This document shows, in pieces, positions 60,063-64,000 of a DNA stretch of 64,000 nt; within the stretch, counting starts at the first letter, position 1, and every line of letters begins with the position of its first letter. Source of the DNA: Parcubacteria group bacterium (GTDB lineage: Bacteria > Patescibacteriota > Minisyncoccia > Minisyncoccales > UBA10102); assembly GCA_016203945.1 (NCBI GenBank), contig JACQLT010000002.1:157189-221188 (forward strand), given 5' to 3'. The notes below the pieces were generated by a model. The model did not search any database. It was not told where the DNA came from and saw nothing but the letters and a program-made list of their open reading frames with translations. The position numbers were made by a program, and so were the translations under genes.

Positions 60063-61694
60063 TTAGCGCGCTTTGATTGGAATTACCAAGAGGTATCTTG
60101 CCTCGTTGTCTCCGATATGATTATTTTTTAGGCGAATATCGTCCCCTTCAAACACCTCTGCTCTTCCGTCTTCCCTAAAGAGCACTGCGACATAGTCGCC
60201 ATTAACCCTAATAGAAGAAGCGCGAGTCTTGCTTAGTACCCTATCGCAGCTCACCGTACTTTGATTGTCTCCGGATCCGATTGTTGTACCAAAATTTACG
60301 GAACCATTCACCCAGAGCGGTTTGCCCGATCTAAGAGCGCCAGTCGCGTCGGTCTGCGCGTTAATGGGGCCGCAGTGTTTTTGATCAGCCTCATTTCTGT
60401 CGCTCTTTGGCTGTTCGTTGAAGTCATAGTTTCCAAAGAGGGTGACGCCGTCTCCTGAAGGAGAATTGACAGGTATCGTATTGGTTATCGTTTGGTTAGA
60501 AACGATTTCATATGGCAAGTATTGATTAAATACCTTTACGGAAGATACTTCGTTTGCCACAAATCCTTGGCAGTAGGGCTCTTGCGTCTGACTGCAGGAC
60601 TCGGCGATTGGGATGCATTCGGCGCGTTGAGCAGGAATTTGGTTGAGATCTTTCCCGCCCAAGAACACAGCGCCGTCTCCTTCAAACCTCTCTTTTTCAA
60701 ACAGTACCACCCCCACCTTGTTTGTTATGGCGCTTATGAATTTGTCTGACTCGGGAGTGCCTTCTGGAAAGGGGCCAAAAAGAGGCAATCTGGTAATTGA
60801 AGGAATGATCTTGAGTGATTTTGCTCGGTTGTCAAAATCTCCGAGAGTCGCCGTGTTTCCCACATATGCCTGCACCTCGTCACCTGAACATTCTGCCCCG
60901 GCAAAAAGGTATACTCCGGGAGTTTTCCAGGTAAGCTGAACAGAGCCAATCTTTTGTTCCCCGCCAAGCGAAACACATGCGGCTCCGGCATTGTCAGTTT
61001 CTAAAGAAGCGGGGATCTCACCGCCCTGCTGCCGGACGCGGTCTGCAGAGCTGAATACTTTAATTCCCCGGCGATCCTTTTCTTTGTAAATAACAATGTC
61101 GAGTTCCGTGCTTGAGTTAAGAAACCTAATTGATCCAGCTTTGGGAAAATTTATGCTCACGCCAGGAATTTCGTTGGTGAGATCAGAGAGAGTGTTTTTT
61201 ACCCGCAGAAAATCCACTCCTTCTCGCAGTCCTTTTGTGCTTCCGCAATTGTCTCCCGCAAACAAGATAACTCCCTGTTTTGAAAAATTAGCATCTTTAT
61301 CTATCTTAAGAATAACAAGCTGTGGGTTAATGGTAGTAAGCAAAAGCCATGAGCCAAGAAGTAGTACCAGCCCAAGAAGAGAGGCTTTGATCTGCTCCCT
61401 TGCGTCTGAAAGCGCCCCCGGATTTCCGGCAGAAGAGACATATCTGAATCCTCCATAGACAAAAGAAACAAACGCGGCGAGTCCGGCAACCGCAATGCCA
61501 AGGTTGAACATGTACTTGATAAAGTTGGGAAGACTTCGCACCTCGTTGGGGGGCTGGGCTCCTCCCGGCACCTGCGGGTATTCGAGTTCCAGCTGCTGGG
61601 CAAACGCGACAGGCAAAACCAAAGAGAACACAAACGCAATCAACACGGCTGCTACGAGAATGGTAAATACAAGGCGTACTCGTTTTTGCTTCAT
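60063..61694 (-). CDS. Pilin-like N-terminal domain fused to beta-gamma-crystallin-like repeats (candidate pilus adhesin)
   Basis: The first ~135 aa are signal/TM, then LPNFIKYMFNLGIAVAGLAAFVSFVYGGFRYVSSAGNPGALSDAREQIKASLLGLVLLLGSWLLLTTINPQL (compare the pilin at 54340-54771). About 400 aa follow with repeated segments such as VVLFEKERFEGDGAVF...SSVKV, VYLFAGAECSGDEV...KSLKI and VTLFGNYDFNE...SSIRV. Confidence 0.55.
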   Translation of the reverse strand: MKQKRVRLVFTILVAAVLIAFVFSLVLPVAFAQQLELEYPQVPGGAQPPNEVRSLPNFIKYMFNLGIAVAGLAAFVSFVYGGFRYVSSAGNPGALSDAREQIKASLLGLVLLLGSWLLLTTINPQLVILKIDKDANFSKQGVILFAGDNCGSTKGLREGVDFLRVKNTLSDLTNEIPGVSINFPKAGSIRFLNSSTELDIVIYKEKDRRGIKVFSSADRVRQQGGEIPASLETDNAGAACVSLGGEQKIGSVQLTWKTPGVYLFAGAECSGDEVQAYVGNTATLGDFDNRAKSLKIIPSITRLPLFGPFPEGTPESDKFISAITNKVGVVLFEKERFEGDGAVFLGGKDLNQIPAQRAECIPIAESCSQTQEPYCQGFVANEVSSVKVFNQYLPYEIVSNQTITNTIPVNSPSGDGVTLFGNYDFNEQPKSDRNEADQKHCGPINAQTDATGALRSGKPLWVNGSVNFGTTIGSGDNQSTVSCDRVLSKTRASSIRVNGDYVAVLFREDGRAEVFEGDDIRLKNNHIGDNEARYLLVIPIKAR

Positions 61695-61704
61695 GATGAT
61701 GCGA

Positions 61705-62535
61705 TTACCTTATAGTACAGCAGAAGAAGTTATTGTTAAAGCACTGCTCCTGTTTCTCGGACAAAACCTTCTCGAACCGTGCTTCCTGGCAGGAAATGAG
61801 AATATCCACGTCTTGTTCGGATTCTCCTGTGTCGTAGAAGTTTGCCGGAGTCACGCAGGCCTCTAGGCCCTGCCTTGCCTCTTTGAGGTTGAGAAGAATG
61901 TGTTCCCGCCAGGGTTGTTTCTGGCATTTTTGTTGGCAGCCAAAGGGGCCGTAATCTACAGCACATTGCTGGCTGCCGCAGTACTCTGCCGTCACAAAAG
62001 GAGAGGGTATTTTTTCTCCAAAAGGCGCTGCAATCATTCCGTTTGCTTGCACGGTGCTCTCGTGCGCAGCTATAATCTTTGCAACCTGGTCTTGAATTTC
62101 GGATGTTGGGCAGGGGCTTCCTGCGCACGCTGACGCTCGGCATGCGTATATGGGAGTCGACGTGCCCTGACACTTCCCCTTCTCATCAGTCTTCCCGTCG
62201 CACTTACTCCCGACAACTTCAGGAGTACAAGAAGAGCGACACGCGTTTACATTGCATCTGTCTGGAAGCTCAAGAAGCTTGTCTACGGCGGTTTTCTGTC
62301 GAAGATAGTTAGTTCTCATAGAATGAAGCGCATTTCCAACCTGTCGCACAAGATCTCCTGATTGCACCACGACTTCCCCAACGGGGATCTCTTTTTCTTG
62401 GCAGACGAGTTCATCCGAGAATTCTTGCGCAAGCGCTTCAGCAAGAGGCGAGGCCCGGAAAACGCCGTTGCCAAACAGAAAATATGCAAGTATTGCAAAG
62501 GAGATAGCGAAGAAAATAAGAAAAGATTGTTTCAT
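61705..62535 (-). CDS. Cysteine-rich secreted/anchored protein (276 aa, 18 Cys by my count)
   Basis: It has an N-terminal hydrophobic segment and then many spaced Cys residues (CNVNACRSSC, KCDGKTDEKGKC, ACRASACAGSPC, FFCC at the C-terminus). I recognise no family. Confidence 0.45.
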   Translation of the reverse strand: MKQSFLIFFAISFAILAYFLFGNGVFRASPLAEALAQEFSDELVCQEKEIPVGEVVVQSGDLVRQVGNALHSMRTNYLRQKTAVDKLLELPDRCNVNACRSSCTPEVVGSKCDGKTDEKGKCQGTSTPIYACRASACAGSPCPTSEIQDQVAKIIAAHESTVQANGMIAAPFGEKIPSPFVTAEYCGSQQCAVDYGPFGCQQKCQKQPWREHILLNLKEARQGLEACVTPANFYDTGESEQDVDILISCQEARFEKVLSEKQEQCFNNNFFCCTIR

Positions 62536-62547
62536 TGCGTTTTTATT

Positions 62548-63039
62548 TTATTGTATCACGCAGCCGGGCGGAAGCGGATCAAACTCTCCGCCAACCTGTT
62601 TGAAATAATTGAAGGCTTCGCCGCCTACGTAAAATACAACAGGCAGACCACATATATCTTTAGAAGAAAACCCTTGCTCTTGAAACCACTGCATGACTTC
62701 TTGTTTTATCTGTTCTGTTTCTATGCCCCGAATTTCCACATAAAAAATATCAGGACTTGGCAGATAAGAGATTCTGTAAGAAGTTGTTTCGTAAAGAGTC
62801 GCCGGCTCCCCGCGTATTGTTTGGAGCATGGCAGACCGCAGCGACCTTCCTTCGTTGCTTAGTTTTCCTCGTAGTTCTGCAATACGCTCTACGGTTCTGG
62901 GTGTGTTCCTGAAGACGGGGCGAACAACAGGGCTTTGTTTTGAGTATATTGAGTAAAAAAAGATCAAAAGGAACAATAGCCCGAGCGCCAAAGCGGTTTT
63001 CAAAAGAAGAATTTTTCTGAAACCTGAAAAATTAAACAT
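62548..63039 (-). CDS. Single-TM protein with a ~130-aa extracytoplasmic domain
   Basis: It has an N-terminal TM segment (ILLLKTALALGLLFLLIFFYSIY). The topology and size are VirB8-like, but there is no sequence motif to support that. Confidence 0.4.
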   Translation of the reverse strand: MFNFSGFRKILLLKTALALGLLFLLIFFYSIYSKQSPVVRPVFRNTPRTVERIAELRGKLSNEGRSLRSAMLQTIRGEPATLYETTSYRISYLPSPDIFYVEIRGIETEQIKQEVMQWFQEQGFSSKDICGLPVVFYVGGEAFNYFKQVGGEFDPLPPGCVIQ

Positions 63040-63041
63040 AG

Positions 63042-64000
63042 TTATTCAATCCATCCCGCGCAAACCGGAACATGTTCCGTCTGTCCCCCCCCGAGCTCAC
63101 AGGGATTACACGTCCAACGATTCCCGTATTGAGGATCAAGCACTTGCCAGTATTCCCATCCAGAGCAGACGTTTCCGTGGAGATCTTGTAGTCCTCTCAC
63201 TCCTTTGAATTGCAATACCGGGTTTAATGTTTGTTCTGACCAAAGGGGTTCTGCTACCTGGTATCCATTTGGGTAACTGCCGGGCGGCGTATCTGGATCA
63301 GCGTCCACTCCTCCGCCAAGATCGAACTGATAAAATCCCGTTGCTGGCGGATGGGGAGAGCAGAAGTTTTGAGCTCCGGGGTTCCAGCCGCTTTCTGGCC
63401 CTATGACGTCGAGAAAAAAGATATTTGCCTCTTCTTCTGACAAACGGCTGCGTAGCTGTCCGTGGACCTCATCTTGAATTGTTTCCAAGGGAGCCCCTTC
63501 GGGATTAAACGAAGTGCCGCTTGCATAGTTTGGGGGAATAACGCTGCAAATACCATCTCCTCCTCCGCCGAACCCTTCTCCGGGAGGCCCAATAATGCGC
63601 CGATACGCGTCTTCTATAATGGTTTTATTCTGCTCTTCATCCACGTAAAACGTAAAAGGATCATTCCCCCGCGCCTCGACTGTTTTCCCAACAGCGATAA
63701 AGGGATTTATTTGGACGTTTTTGTACCCAGAATTTAACAATACCTGCTTGATTTCAAGAAAATTGTCATAGTTGACAGGGTCTGGAATTTCTTGGAGAAA
63801 TTCGTTCGCGTAGAGAAGCCGCGAGCCGTCCCGGATAAATTCGGTAAACGAACGATCTGGTTTTGACATAAAATCCGAAAACTCTTCCATTGCGTCGGCA
63901 AGTTCCAGCTTCTTCTTCTCGATTGTCCCCTGATCACATATCTGTCCTGTGCACTGAGTTGCCGGGGAACAAGATTGAGAACCGGAACATCCTCCACTGG
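63042..64000 (-). CDS. SLT-like (lytic transglycosylase, VirB1-like) protein, partial; frame stays open to the window end
   Basis: VIGPESGWNPGAQNFCSPHPPATGFYQF resembles the SLT motif ES-x-[FW]NP-x-A...A-x-G-[LF]-x-Q. I hand-translated upstream of the track's ATG (63890). The same frame has no stop to position 64000 and reads ...CSGSQSCSPATQCTGQICDQGT..., so the true start may be outside the window. Confidence 0.5.
   Translation of the reverse strand, partial: SGGCSGSQSCSPATQCTGQICDQGTIEKKKLELADAMEEFSDFMSKPDRSFTEFIRDGSRLLYANEFLQEIPDPVNYDNFLEIKQVLLNSGYKNVQINPFIAVGKTVEARGNDPFTFYVDEEQNKTIIEDAYRRIIGPPGEGFGGGGDGICSVIPPNYASGTSFNPEGAPLETIQDEVHGQLRSRLSEEEANIFFLDVIGPESGWNPGAQNFCSPHPPATGFYQFDLGGGVDADPDTPPGSYPNGYQVAEPLWSEQTLNPVLQFKGVRGLQDLHGNVCSGWEYWQVLDPQYGNRWTCNPCELGGGQTEHVPVCAGWIE

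Noticed and set aside
62548-63039. Calling the single-TM 163-aa protein a VirB8 homologue
   Set aside because: Only its topology, size and position resemble VirB8. No sequence motif supports the call, so I left it as hypothetical.
1-64000. CRISPR arrays, rRNA genes, IS elements with terminal inverted repeats, and large tandem repeats
   Set aside because: I saw no regularly spaced direct repeats, rRNA-like conserved blocks or transposase-like ORFs anywhere in the window. The only recombinase is the Xer-like gene at 29981-30871.

Overview
The window is a compact, gene-dense bacterial chromosome segment. My inference is a reduced-genome Patescibacteria/CPR-like organism, based on the gene content, the small proteins and a T4SS pilin-type locus. 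About 80% is core housekeeping. It holds six aminoacyl-tRNA synthetases (leuS, metG, glyQS, ileS, argS, tyrS). It also has smpB plus a tmRNA, infC-rpmI-rplT, ruvA/ruvB/yebC/ruvC, uvrB, polA, holA, a class A PBP and a Mur ligase. The replication-origin neighbourhood is present: dnaN<-dnaA, an intergenic region, then rpmH-rnpA-yidC-jag. One tRNA-Arg(CCG) is present. I saw no rRNA and no CRISPR array.

The parts worth a second look are:
1. An isoleucyl-tRNA synthetase carries an in-frame insertion of about 200 aa with the full histidine-phosphatase (RHG) catalytic signature.
2. A type IV secretion-like locus of at least 12.5 kb (51.5-64 kb) directly abuts jag. It has a VirB4 split into two ORFs, a PrgI/VirB3-like protein, two pilin-like proteins, a VirB6-like polytopic protein, an SLT-like hydrolase and a Cys-rich secreted protein. 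One pilin is fused to beta-gamma-crystallin-like repeats.
3. Two opposite-strand cassettes with G+C higher than their neighbours interrupt that locus. Each has its own promoter-like box, a strong SD and a terminator.
4. A tyrosine recombinase gene of about 65% G+C, with its own terminator, sits beside tRNA-Arg.
5. A DNA-repair neighbourhood contains an Ogt-like protein, NUDIX, PolX and an EndoQ-like protein coupled to a PD-(D/E)xK nuclease.
6. A 131-nt element closed by a 21-bp helix lies upstream of ruvB.
7. A recurrent promoter layout, (TGn)TAnAAT-N5-7-ATG, suggests leaderless transcripts.

All functional calls come from reading motifs in the translated ORFs. No database search was run.
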